Source of the DNA: Pontiella sp.
GTDB lineage: Bacteria; Verrucomicrobiota; Kiritimatiellia; Kiritimatiellales; Pontiellaceae
Assembly (NCBI GenBank): GCA_050290185.1
Contig: JBNKHE010000006.1
Span: 96,001-160,000, forward strand
Length of the DNA stretch: 64,000 bases
Reading direction: 5' to 3'
A model generated the notes under the pieces. That model searched no databases and was not told the DNA's origin. It saw only the letters and a program-made list of their open reading frames with translations. Within the stretch, counting starts at the first letter, position 1. Each line of letters begins with the position of its first letter. This document shows, piece by piece, positions 1 to 10,257 of the stretch. A program made the position numbers and the translations under genes.

Positions 1-1039
1 GCACGCCCTGGACATTCCCGACCTGCTCATCCGTTCGGTGATCCTTCACCATTGTGTACGGCTGCATAACATAGGAGCGGATCTGATGCCCCCAGGCAAT
101 CTCTCCCTTATCGCCATAAAGCTGGTCAACCGCCTGCCGCTTCTTATCCTGCTCGAGTTCATAGAGACGCGCTTTGAGCATCTTCATCGCGGCCGCCTTG
201 TTCTTGTGCTGCGAACGTTCCGCCTGGCACTGCACCACGGTTCCCGTCGGAAGATGGACGATGCGAACGGCGGAATCAGTGGTATTCACATGCTGGCCGC
301 CAGCGCCCTGCGCGCGATAGGTATCGATCCGCAAATCCGATTCGACGATTTCCACATCAATGTCGTCATCGATCTCCGGCGTTACATCGGCGGCCACGAA
401 CGAGGTATGGCGACGCGACTGCGAATCGAACGGACTGATGCGTACCAGCCGGTGAACCCCGCGCTCGGACTTGAGCAGTCCGTAGGCATACGGACCGGAA
501 ATCAGTATCGTAACACTCTTGATGCCGGCCTCATCGCCGGCCAGATAATCAAGAATCTGAACACCGAACCCTTTTCGTTCAGCATAGCGTGTAAACATGC
601 GGTAGAGCATGTCGGCCCAGTCGCAGCTTTCCGTTCCGCCGGCACCGGCATGTAGCGTGAGATAAGCATTTGAGCCGTCAAACTCGTCCCCCAGCAACGA
701 CTGCAGTTCGAGTGCCTGAATGCCGCCGTCAACATTCTTCAACGAGGTTTCCGCCTCCGCCAGCGCCTCTTCTTCACCGGCCTCGGCCAGCTCCAGCATG
801 ACCTCGGCATCATCAAGTCCGGCGGCTATTTCATCGTAGGGGTCGAGCACTATCTTGAGGGCCTTGGTGGCCGATATATTGGACTGGGCCTTCGCCTGAT
901 CGTTCCAGAAATCCGGTTGTCCGGCCTCGACTTCAAGTTTTTCAAGCGCGGCACGCTTGGCGTCGACATCCAGATAGCCCTTCATCTCGGACAGCTGCTC
1001 CCGGTATGCGTGAATCCTGGTTTTTAAATCGTCTTGCAT
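1..1039 (-). CDS. prfB: Peptide chain release factor 2 (3' end runs off the window; absent from ORF track)
   Basis: Manual translation from ATG 1039: MQDDLKTRIHAYREQLSEMKGYLDVDAKR...HAGAGGTESCDWA...GVHRLVRISPFDS (SPF motif)...GAGGQHVN (GGQ). One continuous frame. Confidence 0.96.
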   Translation of the reverse strand, partial: MQDDLKTRIHAYREQLSEMKGYLDVDAKRAALEKLEVEAGQPDFWNDQAKAQSNISATKALKIVLDPYDEIAAGLDDAEVMLELAEAGEEEALAEAETSLKNVDGGIQALELQSLLGDEFDGSNAYLTLHAGAGGTESCDWADMLYRMFTRYAERKGFGVQILDYLAGDEAGIKSVTILISGPYAYGLLKSERGVHRLVRISPFDSQSRRHTSFVAADVTPEIDDDIDVEIVESDLRIDTYRAQGAGGQHVNTTDSAVRIVHLPTGTVVQCQAERSQHKNKAAAMKMLKARLYELEQDKKRQAVDQLYGDKGEIAWGHQIRSYVMQPYTMVKDHRTDEQVGNVQGV

Positions 1040-1120
1040 ATTCGTTCCAATGTTTGGGACTGGGCAATATAGCCCATGACGCATTCAAGCCAAACCCTGC
1101 ATTGCAAAAAATGAATCCGG

Positions 1121-2803
1121 TCAGGAGGCCTGCCGGCGGATTTTACAGCCCTTGGAGCGGAGCGTAAAGAAAGCCCAGACACTGACCAGAAGTGAAATCC
1201 GGGCGAAGAGATCGCCATGCTGTGTATAGAAGGTTTGTTCCTGCCCTTCGGCACGCGGGTAGAGCTGATCAACCGTAAAGCCCTCGGTACAAACCTCGAG
1301 TTCGGTCTCTGGCCGGGCTTCGTACGAGATCACACCAAAGGCATTGATCAGGCAGGACACGCCAGTATTGCAGCAACGGGCCATGGGAACGCGATTTTCG
1401 ACACAGCGGAATACGGCATGCGCAAGGTGCTGCTCAGACTCGGAGGAGGGATCGAACCATCCATCATTGGTCTGATTGACGAGCCAACGTGCACCGGAGC
1501 GCACCGCCTTGGCGGCAAGAGGTGCAACCGTATCTTCAAAACAGATGAGTACCGAAAAGGGCGATTTTCCGGGAAGCCGGAGCAATGAGCTTTCTTCCCC
1601 CGCACCGACATCGACCTCGACGGGAGTAAACTTGCGCATGAGTTTTGGAAAGGGAACATACTCGCCGAACGGAACCAGGTGCTGTTTATCGTATTTACCG
1701 ATAATATCGCCACCCACATCAAAGAGGATTGAGCTGTTGTAATATTTATAGCCGTCATCAACAATGTCGTAGCGCATCGCGCCAACCAGCAGCGGCACCC
1801 CCGGGGCAGTCATCCGTTTGGCCAGCTCGTAGCTCCGTGGTGTGCGCGAATTATTGATCAAGTCCGGCACCGCGGTTTCCGGCCAAATCACGAGATCGAT
1901 GCCGGGCAGGCGAGTGACCGCAAGAGTCAAATCCTCCAGGGTCTGGAGCACTTCCTGATCCTTGGCATCATCCCACTTCACGGACTGGGAAATATTCGGC
2001 TGGACGAGTGCAACATTCACCGACTCACGATGCAACGGCTTTGAAAGCAATGTATGCATGCCGTCCGCAAGGCATAGGGCAAGCGGAAGCAGACCGATCA
2101 AAAGTTCAAAGTGCGGGCGGTATTTCCGCGAACGTGTACCGTGGGTGTACTGCCGGAACGTGACAAAGAGCCCGGCATTAAGCCAAACGATGACCGCAGA
2201 AACAACATACACGCCGCCCCATGTCGAGCACTGGATGATAGCCGGAGAGGCATACTGACTTACGCCTAGCGGATTCCAGGGAAAGCCGGTGAATAAAAAA
2301 CCACGCACATATTCAGCCCCCACCCAGACCATGGAGAGCGTAAACATGAAGCGGATATTGCCGTGCAGATCATCCCCCAGCCACCGTTTTGCCCCGAGGG
2401 CCGCCGCCACGCCGAAGGGGATGAAATAGAGCCCGCAATAGAACGCAAGGAAGGCATACCCTGCCAGGGCACTGACTTTCATGCCGGCGCCATCCACCAT
2501 GCCGCCCAGATTGTAGAGCCATGACAGCGAAATCATGAAGAAGACAAACCCGGACAGCAGTCCCAGCCAGGCCGCACGTTTGATGGAGACCGACTGCACG
2601 GCAAACATCAAAGGGATCAACGCGGCAAAAGCGAGGGTGGATTGATTAAACCCGGGAAACGAAAGCGCCAACAGCACCCCCGAAAGAACACTTCCCAGTA
2701 TCCGCAGATACAGCGATTGAAACAACGGATGGCTAGGAAGTTCCGGCTTTTCATAGCCGTGTTCCTTCCTCCGACGTTCATACTGCTTCAGCGTTCCAAT
2801 CAT
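1121..2803 (-). CDS. lnt: Apolipoprotein N-acyltransferase
   Basis: N-terminal TM helices, FTGFPW, VIWPETA, YDKQHLVPFGEYVP and ICFED (nitrilase E-K-C triad), QTNDGWF. Confidence 0.95.
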   Translation of the reverse strand: MIGTLKQYERRRKEHGYEKPELPSHPLFQSLYLRILGSVLSGVLLALSFPGFNQSTLAFAALIPLMFAVQSVSIKRAAWLGLLSGFVFFMISLSWLYNLGGMVDGAGMKVSALAGYAFLAFYCGLYFIPFGVAAALGAKRWLGDDLHGNIRFMFTLSMVWVGAEYVRGFLFTGFPWNPLGVSQYASPAIIQCSTWGGVYVVSAVIVWLNAGLFVTFRQYTHGTRSRKYRPHFELLIGLLPLALCLADGMHTLLSKPLHRESVNVALVQPNISQSVKWDDAKDQEVLQTLEDLTLAVTRLPGIDLVIWPETAVPDLINNSRTPRSYELAKRMTAPGVPLLVGAMRYDIVDDGYKYYNSSILFDVGGDIIGKYDKQHLVPFGEYVPFPKLMRKFTPVEVDVGAGEESSLLRLPGKSPFSVLICFEDTVAPLAAKAVRSGARWLVNQTNDGWFDPSSESEQHLAHAVFRCVENRVPMARCCNTGVSCLINAFGVISYEARPETELEVCTEGFTVDQLYPRAEGQEQTFYTQHGDLFARISLLVSVWAFFTLRSKGCKIRRQAS

Positions 2804-2826
2804 TTCAAAATCCAGATATGCGATGT

Positions 2827-3504
2827 TTACAATTCAAGGTTGATAAGCTCCGGAATCGTCAACCACTGCCTCGTATCCTTTTCCTGCAAAAAAAGATCAT
2901 GGATATATCCACACAAATCCTCTTGCGCGGCGAAAGCTTTCCGAGATCTACCGGCGGGCACGCCGGCAAAGGAGGCCAGACCCTTTAACCCCAAAACCCC
3001 CTCCCCCAACGTCGCATCCCAAAAGACAAACATGTTTTCAATGATCGAGCGGATCGAACGGTAGAGCATCATCTCATGCTTTTCCGAATCTGAAATCGCC
3101 AGCCGATCCAGATCAAGCGTCCACATGCGATCCAGCCGGGCGCCGGCCCAATCCGCCGGACGAATGATCCCGAGCGAGAAATAGGGAAGCAACGACGGAA
3201 AATGATGAAGCTCGGAAAGAATCTCAAGCCAGCGTTCCACGTGCCGCGCATGCGGCTTGACCGACCGCAGTACACGTGTGGCCGACCGCTGATCGTTAAT
3301 GGCGCAAAACGCGCGGGCAATCAAAAGGATAAGATCGGACCGTTGCACGCCATGTGGATGATACTGACGGCAGTACTGGGCGACACTTGTCGTCAGATTA
3401 TCGGTTACCGTGTCTTGAGGAATCTCCAGCGACCGGAAAATTTCTTGCAGATGTTCCGCCCATGCATCCCGCTCGGCCATCATGTTTGCATAGCCGCCTA
3501 TCAT
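2827..3504 (-). CDS. Hypothetical protein translationally coupled to nrdR
   Basis: 225-aa ORF; its ATG overlaps the nrdR stop (ATGA, 3501-3504); no family recognised. Confidence 0.7.
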   Translation of the reverse strand: MIGGYANMMAERDAWAEHLQEIFRSLEIPQDTVTDNLTTSVAQYCRQYHPHGVQRSDLILLIARAFCAINDQRSATRVLRSVKPHARHVERWLEILSELHHFPSLLPYFSLGIIRPADWAGARLDRMWTLDLDRLAISDSEKHEMMLYRSIRSIIENMFVFWDATLGEGVLGLKGLASFAGVPAGRSRKAFAAQEDLCGYIHDLFLQEKDTRQWLTIPELINLEL

Positions 3505-3956
3505 TCGCGACCAATGAGGCGCTCAACCTCGTTCATGAATTGCCCGGCATCGCGGAAGCGACGATAGACTGAGGCGTAGCGAATGTAGGCCACCTCGTCG
3601 AGTTTCTCCAGTGCCGTCATGACTTTCTTCCCGAGGGCCATGCTCGGGATCTCTTTTTCAAATTCCGACTCGGCTTCCAGAATGATCGAATCGCAGATGC
3701 GTTCGATCTGCTCAACGCTGATGTGTCTCTTGCGGCAGGCAATGTTGAGACTTTTCACTAGCTTGTCGCGGCTGAGCTCCTCATGCCGTCCATCACGCTT
3801 GGCAACCTGCAGGTGAGCACGTTGAATTTCTTCATAGGTCGTGAACCGATGTCCGCAACCAACACACATCCGCCGCCGACGGATAGCATCTCCATTACGG
3901 ACCTCCCGGCTATCGATCACACGGTTTTCCCGGCCTTCGCATTTCGGACATCTCAT
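3501..3956 (-). CDS. nrdR: Transcriptional repressor NrdR
   Basis: MRCPKC...VIDSR...IRRRRMCVGCGHRFTTYE zinc ribbon, ATP cone, DEVAYIRYASVY. Confidence 0.97.
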   Translation of the reverse strand: MRCPKCEGRENRVIDSREVRNGDAIRRRRMCVGCGHRFTTYEEIQRAHLQVAKRDGRHEELSRDKLVKSLNIACRKRHISVEQIERICDSIILEAESEFEKEIPSMALGKKVMTALEKLDEVAYIRYASVYRRFRDAGQFMNEVERLIGRE

Positions 3957-4014
3957 ATAACTTCCCCTTCTTGAAAGTTGCGCTGAAGGTAGACGGAAAC
4001 ATCAAGGTGTAACA

Positions 4015-4047
4015 ACAAAAAACGGCGGATCGATATCCGCCGTTTTC
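4015..4047 (-). terminator. Rho-independent terminator after the histone-like gene
   Basis: aaaacggcggat-cgat-atccgccgtttt hairpin with an A-run on + (U-tract on -). Confidence 0.8.
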
Positions 4048-4066
4048 ACCATGCTGAATGATGGTT

Positions 4067-4558
4067 CTATTTCTTCTTAGCCGCTTTTTTCTTAGCTGGA
4101 GCCTTTTTCTTGGCTGGAGCCTTCTTCGCAACCTTCTTCTTTGCCGGAGCCTTCTTGGCGGCCGTTTTTTTGGCCGGAGCCTTTTTGGCAGCCTTCTTCT
4201 TGGCAGGAGCTTTTTTCGCAACCTTCTTCTTCGCCAGGGCCTTCTTGGTGCCCGTTTTCTTGGCGGGTGCTTTCTTGGCTACCTTCTTCTTGGCCGGAGC
4301 TTTCTTGGCAGCCTTCTTCTTGGCTGGAGCTTTCTTCGCAACCTTCTTCTTCGCCGGAGCTTTCTTGGCGGCCTTTTTCTTGGCGGGAGCTTTCTTCGCA
4401 GCCTTCTTCTTCGCCGGAGCTTTCTTGGCTACCTTCTTTTTGGCTGGCGCCTTCTTGGCGGCTGTCTTCTTGGCGGGTGCTTTCTTGGCTACGGCTTTCT
4501 TTTTAGCCGGGGCCTTTTTTGCTACTTTCTTTTTCGCTACTTTTTTCTTAGCTGCCAT
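4067..4558 (-). CDS. Histone H1-like Lys/Ala/Pro-rich repetitive DNA-binding protein
   Basis: [11 protein letters not shown] followed by tandem KKAPAKKK(V/A)A units; AAGGAGG Shine-Dalgarno before ATG 4558. Confidence 0.85.
   Translation of the reverse strand: MAAKKKVAKKKVAKKAPAKKKAVAKKAPAKKTAAKKAPAKKKVAKKAPAKKKAAKKAPAKKKAAKKAPAKKKVAKKAPAKKKAAKKAPAKKKVAKKAPAKKTGTKKALAKKKVAKKAPAKKKAAKKAPAKKTAAKKAPAKKKVAKKAPAKKKAPAKKKAAKKK
4075..4550. repeat. Coding tandem repeat, ~30-nt period
   Basis: Repeated ttcttcttggccggagctttctt-type units encoding the 10-aa repeat. Confidence 0.85.
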
Positions 4559-4787
4559 TTTCGCCTCCTTGTTTGTGCTCCTGACAACAATCCGTTTCGT
4601 TTCTGCCGTCCCTTCAGCGGGATGCAATCATCAAAAGATGTGTCGGCGGTCGCCCGTCTATAAAATGTTTATAAACACAGTATTCATTTTATGCAACCTG
4701 TTTGGATTATTAAAACACATGCATTCACGCTACTTGCATCAACACATTTCGTGTTAAGCGAAATTGTTTCACGCGCTTGGATAGACA

Positions 4788-4820
4788 TAAAAAAACCGCC
4801 CACCATGTGGACGGTTTTCA
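4788..4820 (-). terminator. Probable terminator after infB
   Basis: aaaaaaaccgcccac-cat-gtggacggtttt hairpin with U-tract on -. Confidence 0.75.
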
Positions 4821-4843
4821 GTGCGAAAAATCCGCAGGTTCAA

Positions 4844-6931
4844 TTACAAACTCTGGGTGATCTTTTCGACCGTGTAGGCTTCGATTGTATCGCCTGCATC
4901 GAAGTTGGTGAAGTTCTCCGGACGTATGCCGCACTCCTGACCCTGACGGACTTCGGCTGCATCATTTTGGAATCGCTTGAGCGAACCGATTGAACCTTCG
5001 AACAAAATATCGCGACCACGTTTGATGCGAATGCTGGACTTGGCGGTTATGCGTCCGCTCATCACCATGCAACCGGCAATCTTGTTCTTTCTGCTGAGCT
5101 CGAAAACTTCCCGGACTTCCGCTTCGCCGATAATCTGCTCACGCAATTCCGGCTCTAGCAGCCCCTTCATCGCACTCTCAACATCTTCAATCAATTCATA
5201 GATAATGCTGTAAAGGCGAATCTCGACTCCTTCGCGCTTGGCGGCCGCATTCGTACCGTTTTCATTGCCGGTATGGAAGCCGAGGATGATGGCTTCGGAG
5301 GCACTGGCGAGCATTACATCATTAACGGTGATGTTTCCGACATCATTGGAGATGATGTTGATCTCAACCTTGTCGCTTTTAATCCCCGAAAGGGAATGGG
5401 CAATCGCTTCGACCGATCCCTGCACGTCGGCCTTGATGATTACTTTCAGCTCCTTCTTTTCGTCGCTGTCGGCCGCGCCGAACAGGTCGTCGAGGGAGAT
5501 CTTCTTCGCAACGGCACCCCCCTCGAGATTCTGCATCCGGTCTTCCTGCTGCAACTCTGCCGAAATGGCTTTTGCCTCGCGGTCAGTGGCGATTGCCTGG
5601 AACTCATCGCCGGCTCCCGGCACATTGGTCAGGCCCAGAACTTTAACGGCCATCGATGGTCCGGCAGAACGAACCTTTTTGCCCTGATCGCTGATCAGCG
5701 CCTTGATGCGTCCCCAGTACTTGCCGCAGATCACGCTATCGCCAACCTTTAGCGTGCCGCTCTTGACGAGCACGCTGGCCGTCGGCCCCATGCCGGGTTC
5801 CATTTGCGCTTCCACCACAAAACCGCGGGCCGGCTTGTTGGGATTGGCCTTGAGTTCGAGCATTTCGGATTCAAGCACAATACGCTCGAGCAGGCCGTCG
5901 ATCCCTTCGCCGGTTGCGGCACTGACCGGACAGCATCCAATCGATCCGCCCCAGTCTTCCACCATGACATCGTTTTCCTGAAGCTGTTGCTTCAGGCGGT
6001 CCGGATTCGCGGAACGCAAATCCATTTTATTCATTGCAACAATGACGCAGACGCCAGCGGCCTTGGCATGCTTGATAGCTTCCATCGTTTGCGGCATGAC
6101 TCCGTCATCAGCCGCGACGACGAGCACCACGATATCGGTCAGGTTTGCACCACGTGCACGCATGGCCGTGAAGGCGGCGTGGCCCGGGGTGTCGAGGAAC
6201 GTAATCTTGTGGTCATCGAGTTCGACCGTATAGGCCCCGATGTGCTGGGTGATGCCGCCGGACTCTCCGGTCACCACACGCGTGTTGCGAATCTTGTCGA
6301 GCAGCGAAGTCTTGCCATGGTCCACGTGACCCATAAAGGTTACGACCGGCGGTCGGGAAAGGAGCGCGTCGGGGGAATCCTCGACCTCTTCCTTTTGCTT
6401 GACCCGAACAACCTTGGATTTTGGTTGCTGGGGCGGAGCTTTCTTCTTCTCTTCCTTACGGACAATAAAGCCGTGCTTTTCGCCAATCTCCTTGGCGATC
6501 TTGAGATCGATCTCCGCATTGATCGATGCGAAGACATTCATCTTCATCAGTTCCGCGATAACCATGTTGGGCTTCATGCCCATGCGTTCGGCAAAATCCT
6601 TCACAATGATCTTCGGCTTCTTCAGCTCGATGATATTGGATACTTCTTCCTCTTCAGGAGCGGCTGGCTCGGCAGGCGGTGTATTTTCGACAGGCTTTTC
6701 AGTCCCAGCCTCGCTGACAGGAGCCGCCGCCACTTCCGGCTTCTCCGCCGGGGCATTGTCGGCACGCGCTTCTTCTATCGAAGCGTAACCCAGCTCGTCA
6801 CAAACGGCCGAGATCTGCTCATCGTTCAGTTCTGCTTCGATACCGTCCACCTCAATGTCGATATCCTGCAAGATCTCCAATAGTTCTTCGGGGGAGACGC
6901 CTACATCTCTAGCTGTATCTTGAATCTTCAT
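4844..6931 (-). CDS. infB: Translation initiation factor IF-2
   Basis: [60 protein letters not shown]. Confidence 0.98.
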   Translation of the reverse strand: MKIQDTARDVGVSPEELLEILQDIDIEVDGIEAELNDEQISAVCDELGYASIEEARADNAPAEKPEVAAAPVSEAGTEKPVENTPPAEPAAPEEEEVSNIIELKKPKIIVKDFAERMGMKPNMVIAELMKMNVFASINAEIDLKIAKEIGEKHGFIVRKEEKKKAPPQQPKSKVVRVKQKEEVEDSPDALLSRPPVVTFMGHVDHGKTSLLDKIRNTRVVTGESGGITQHIGAYTVELDDHKITFLDTPGHAAFTAMRARGANLTDIVVLVVAADDGVMPQTMEAIKHAKAAGVCVIVAMNKMDLRSANPDRLKQQLQENDVMVEDWGGSIGCCPVSAATGEGIDGLLERIVLESEMLELKANPNKPARGFVVEAQMEPGMGPTASVLVKSGTLKVGDSVICGKYWGRIKALISDQGKKVRSAGPSMAVKVLGLTNVPGAGDEFQAIATDREAKAISAELQQEDRMQNLEGGAVAKKISLDDLFGAADSDEKKELKVIIKADVQGSVEAIAHSLSGIKSDKVEINIISNDVGNITVNDVMLASASEAIILGFHTGNENGTNAAAKREGVEIRLYSIIYELIEDVESAMKGLLEPELREQIIGEAEVREVFELSRKNKIAGCMVMSGRITAKSSIRIKRGRDILFEGSIGSLKRFQNDAAEVRQGQECGIRPENFTNFDAGDTIEAYTVEKITQSL

Positions 6932-8121
6932 TATTCCGTAATTTCCCCGTGTTCTTTAATGTATGCCGTCTCGGCTGCATACCAGATTGCCTTGGCTTGC
7001 TCAGTGGTAATCCCGTCGTCGATGGACTGGATATCGTTCATGTCGGCGGCCAAAACCCCTTCGAGCGTCAGGAAGCCTGCGAAGACCAGCTTCTCGGCAT
7101 ACTCGCTGCCGATGCCTTCAATGGCGGCCAGCTTCGTGACCGCCACGGCCACGCGCTCTTCGAAGTCCATGCTTTCTTCATCTTTCTGGATATCGACGCG
7201 CCAGCCCGTCAGCTTGGAGGTCAGACGAGCGTTTTGTCCGCGTTTCCCGATCGCCAGCGAAAGCTGGTCGGGATCGACCGTAACCTGAACCGTGCGTGTT
7301 TCTTCGTCAGCATCCACATCCTTCAGGCGCGCCGGCGCAAGGGCGTTGGCAATCAAGGTATGGATGTCTTCACTCCAACGGACAATGTCTATCTTTTCGC
7401 CGGACAGTTCGCGAACAATGTTCTTCACGCGCATGCCACGCATGCCGACGCAGGCGCCGACCGGGTCGACGCGTTCATCGTGGGAGATGACCGCCACCTT
7501 ACTGCGGTAGCCGGCTTCGCGGGCAATGCCCTTGATCTCCATGGTACCGTCGCTGATTTCCGAAACTTCCAGCTCGAACAGGCGGCGGACAAAATCGGGA
7601 TGGCTGCGGGACAGCACGATTTCCGGACCGCGTTCGCGTTCACGTACGGTCAGGATGAGTGCGCGGATCCGCTCGCCGATTTCATACTCCTCGGTCGGCA
7701 CACGCTCCTTGGAAGGCATGACAGCTTCGCCATGCTCCAAATCGACGATCACATCGCTGCGGTCAAAACGGGATACCGAACCGGTTATGATTTCGCCGAC
7801 CCGATCCTTGTATTCGTCGAAAATGATTTCCTTCTCTGCATTGCGGATCTTCTGCATGATGACCTGCTTGGCGGTCTGTGCGGCAATGCGGCCCAGCGGC
7901 GGCGGCGTGGTTTCGATTTCGCTTCCGTCCGAGAGCATCCGGTAGGCCTTGCGCTCGAAGGTTTTCCGATCGATGGCAATGCGAAGGGTATCGTCTACAA
8001 CACCGCCCTTTTCGGTTACGCTTTGCAGGGCCGACTCGATCGCGCGGATAATCAGCTCGCGCTCGACGCCCCGTTCGCTTTCCATATATTCAACAACGGC
8101 TTTTAATTCAGCAGGATTCAT
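6931..8121 (-). CDS. nusA: Transcription termination/antitermination factor NusA
   Basis: GRIAAQTAKQVIMQ, S1 domain, AREAGYRSKVAV, DPVGACVGMRG, LAIGKRGQNARL; TAATG overlap with infB. Confidence 0.98.
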   Translation of the reverse strand: MNPAELKAVVEYMESERGVERELIIRAIESALQSVTEKGGVVDDTLRIAIDRKTFERKAYRMLSDGSEIETTPPPLGRIAAQTAKQVIMQKIRNAEKEIIFDEYKDRVGEIITGSVSRFDRSDVIVDLEHGEAVMPSKERVPTEEYEIGERIRALILTVRERERGPEIVLSRSHPDFVRRLFELEVSEISDGTMEIKGIAREAGYRSKVAVISHDERVDPVGACVGMRGMRVKNIVRELSGEKIDIVRWSEDIHTLIANALAPARLKDVDADEETRTVQVTVDPDQLSLAIGKRGQNARLTSKLTGWRVDIQKDEESMDFEERVAVAVTKLAAIEGIGSEYAEKLVFAGFLTLEGVLAADMNDIQSIDDGITTEQAKAIWYAAETAYIKEHGEITE

Positions 8122-8172
8122 AAGCCCTCCTCCTTCACATACCTTCGAAAATCAAATAACCAGCCCATAGAG

Positions 8173-8202
8173 AATAAAAGAGCGGGCATCGCCCACTCTC
8201 TT
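8173..8202 (-). promoter_or_regulatory. Leader hairpin of the nusA-infB operon (rimP-leader type)
   Basis: Minus strand GAGAGTGGGC-GAT-GCCCGCTCTTTT: a GGGC/GCCC stem with U-tract ~50 nt upstream of nusA. Confidence 0.7.
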
Positions 8203-8296
8203 CCCAGAGCCAAACTATCAACAAAACGAGAAAGCTACGCCTCCTGCCCCGCCCCGTCAAGAGGCAATCGGGGAGAAATCCCGGCCTGTCCAGCAT

Positions 8297-9466
8297 CTAT
8301 TCCGGGATGGCATCCTGCTCTCCGAACAACCATTCCCCTATGTATATCCAGTCGGTTCCAGAATACTGGTAGCCTTGGCATTTCCCGCTCAAATAAGACT
8401 TCACGAATTGAAAGGCATACATGCTTGAAGGCTGGAACACAACACGGCCCAGGAAAGGATCGCTGGTCCAATCCGCCCAATATGTGAGTGAGTCCTGACG
8501 ACCTGCAATATCGAATGTTCCCGTCCCGCCTGCCACCGGGGCAAACAACAGCACGTTTGTGCCCTGACTGAAAAAAACATGGTGCCCTTCGAGGTTCGAG
8601 AACCAGGTGACCGCCTGCGGATAATATACCCGGGCCCCTCTGAAATATTCGGATGCACGGTTCGTGGAGGCGGGCATGTGCCAGTCGTTCGTGGCGGAAG
8701 ACCAGTAGCCGGAACTCGACCGGTTCCAATCGGAAAGATTGGTCGACGCGAAAACGGAAAATCCGCACTGATTGGAATAAGCCGCACACACCGTAATACC
8801 CGTAGCTGAACAATCCATCGCCATAGGCAACGTAGAAACCTGCGGCAGCGGCTGACCGGCCGGATTGAAGTCCTGCGCCATCGTGCCGATGCGTAATATC
8901 TGCACAGCATTGATCACAACATTGGTCAGTGGCAGGGCGTTCGCGCCGGTGGCCACCGCACCAATGTTGGAAACCACATTCATTCCTCCCACGACCTCCC
9001 CGAAAACAGAGTGCACCCCGTCAAGCCAGGGCGTCGGCTCAAGCGTGATAAAAAACTGGCTGCCATTGCTGTTGGGGCCGGAATTGGCCATGGAAAGAAT
9101 GCCGGCGCCATGGTGGGTCAGGTTGGTGCTGAACTCGTCAGGAAAATGATAGCCCGGCCCGCCGGTGCCGGTGCCGAGCGGATCGCCACCCTGAATCATG
9201 AAGCCGTCAATAACCCGGTGAAAAATCAAGCCGTCATAGAAAGGGCCGTTGCAAACGGCCCCTTTTGCATCAACCCAGCTCTGCGTCCCTTCCGCCAGCC
9301 CGACAAAGTTGGCGCAGGTCAGCGGAGCCTCGGCATAATCCAGCCGGCAAGTAATGCCCCCCATGGTCGTATCAACTGCCGCATACAGGCCGTCGTCAAG
9401 CTGGGCATATGCTCCGACCGCCCACGTAACGGCGAGACAATATAAGCCTATGAAATAGATTCTCAT
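8297..9466 (-). CDS. Exported cyclophilin-type peptidyl-prolyl isomerase with C-terminal extension
   Basis: Signal peptide, APLTCANFVGLAEG, FHRVIDGFMIQGGDP, LSMANSGPNSNGSQFFIT, WLDGVHSVFG. Confidence 0.92.
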   Translation of the reverse strand: MRIYFIGLYCLAVTWAVGAYAQLDDGLYAAVDTTMGGITCRLDYAEAPLTCANFVGLAEGTQSWVDAKGAVCNGPFYDGLIFHRVIDGFMIQGGDPLGTGTGGPGYHFPDEFSTNLTHHGAGILSMANSGPNSNGSQFFITLEPTPWLDGVHSVFGEVVGGMNVVSNIGAVATGANALPLTNVVINAVQILRIGTMAQDFNPAGQPLPQVSTLPMAMDCSATGITVCAAYSNQCGFSVFASTNLSDWNRSSSGYWSSATNDWHMPASTNRASEYFRGARVYYPQAVTWFSNLEGHHVFFSQGTNVLLFAPVAGGTGTFDIAGRQDSLTYWADWTSDPFLGRVVFQPSSMYAFQFVKSYLSGKCQGYQYSGTDWIYIGEWLFGEQDAIPE

Positions 9467-9608
9467 CACCAATCCTCCAAACGGTTGATTATTTCGATAA
9501 GAGGGAAGAATGCAATCCCTCCAACTTATAAATCCTCCATTCTTTTATAAGTGAAATGCGTTTCTGCATGCCCTACTATCACCGCACATTCAACCAAGGA
9601 GAACTCGG

Positions 9609-10199
9609 ATGATAGCCTTACTTGTCACTCTCGGACTCATTGTACTGCTGATCCTGTGGATCGTAGCCATGTACAACGGCCTCGTCGTGCTGCGCAACCG
9701 CTTCAAGAATGCCTTCGCGCAGATCGATGTGCAGTTGAAACGCCGCTACGACCTGATTCCCAACCTGGTCGAAACCGCCAAAGGTTATATGAAGCACGAG
9801 CGCGAAACCCTCGAAGCGGTCATCCAGGCGCGCAACCAGGCCGCCTCCGCGGGCAAGGCCGCCGCGCAGAATCCCGGCGACTCCGGCGCCATGGCCGGAC
9901 TGATGGGCGCGGAAGGTGCCCTGACCGGCGCACTCGGACGTCTGTTTGCCTTGTCCGAAGCTTATCCCGACCTCAAGGCCAACCAAAATATGATGCAGCT
10001 GACTGAAGAGCTGACCTCGACCGAAAACAAGATTTCGTTCGCGCGTCAGGCCTACAACGACGCCGTCATGGTCTACAACACCAAGCGCGAAACCTTCCCG
10101 ACGAACCTCATCGCGAATACGTTCAACTTCACCGCCGCCATGCTCTTCGAGATCGAAGATGCCGCGCAGAAGGAAGCCCCGAAAGTCAACTTTACCTGA
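9609..10199 (+). CDS. lemA: LemA family protein
   Basis: N-terminal TM, YNGLV, QIDVQLKRRYDLIPNLVE, EAYPDLKAN, ARQAYND. Confidence 0.95.
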   Translation: MIALLVTLGLIVLLILWIVAMYNGLVVLRNRFKNAFAQIDVQLKRRYDLIPNLVETAKGYMKHERETLEAVIQARNQAASAGKAAAQNPGDSGAMAGLMGAEGALTGALGRLFALSEAYPDLKANQNMMQLTEELTSTENKISFARQAYNDAVMVYNTKRETFPTNLIANTFNFTAAMLFEIEDAAQKEAPKVNFT

Positions 10200-10257
10200 G
10201 TCCGCGCTGGATCAATCTTCAAGTTGCGAATTTCAGGTTTCATAGCCCCGTCTACCC

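Noticed and set aside
4058..4757. Hydrophobic repeat ORFs on + and CRISPR-like periodicity
   Set aside because: Reverse complement of the Lys-rich coding repeat; no unique spacers and no cas genes.
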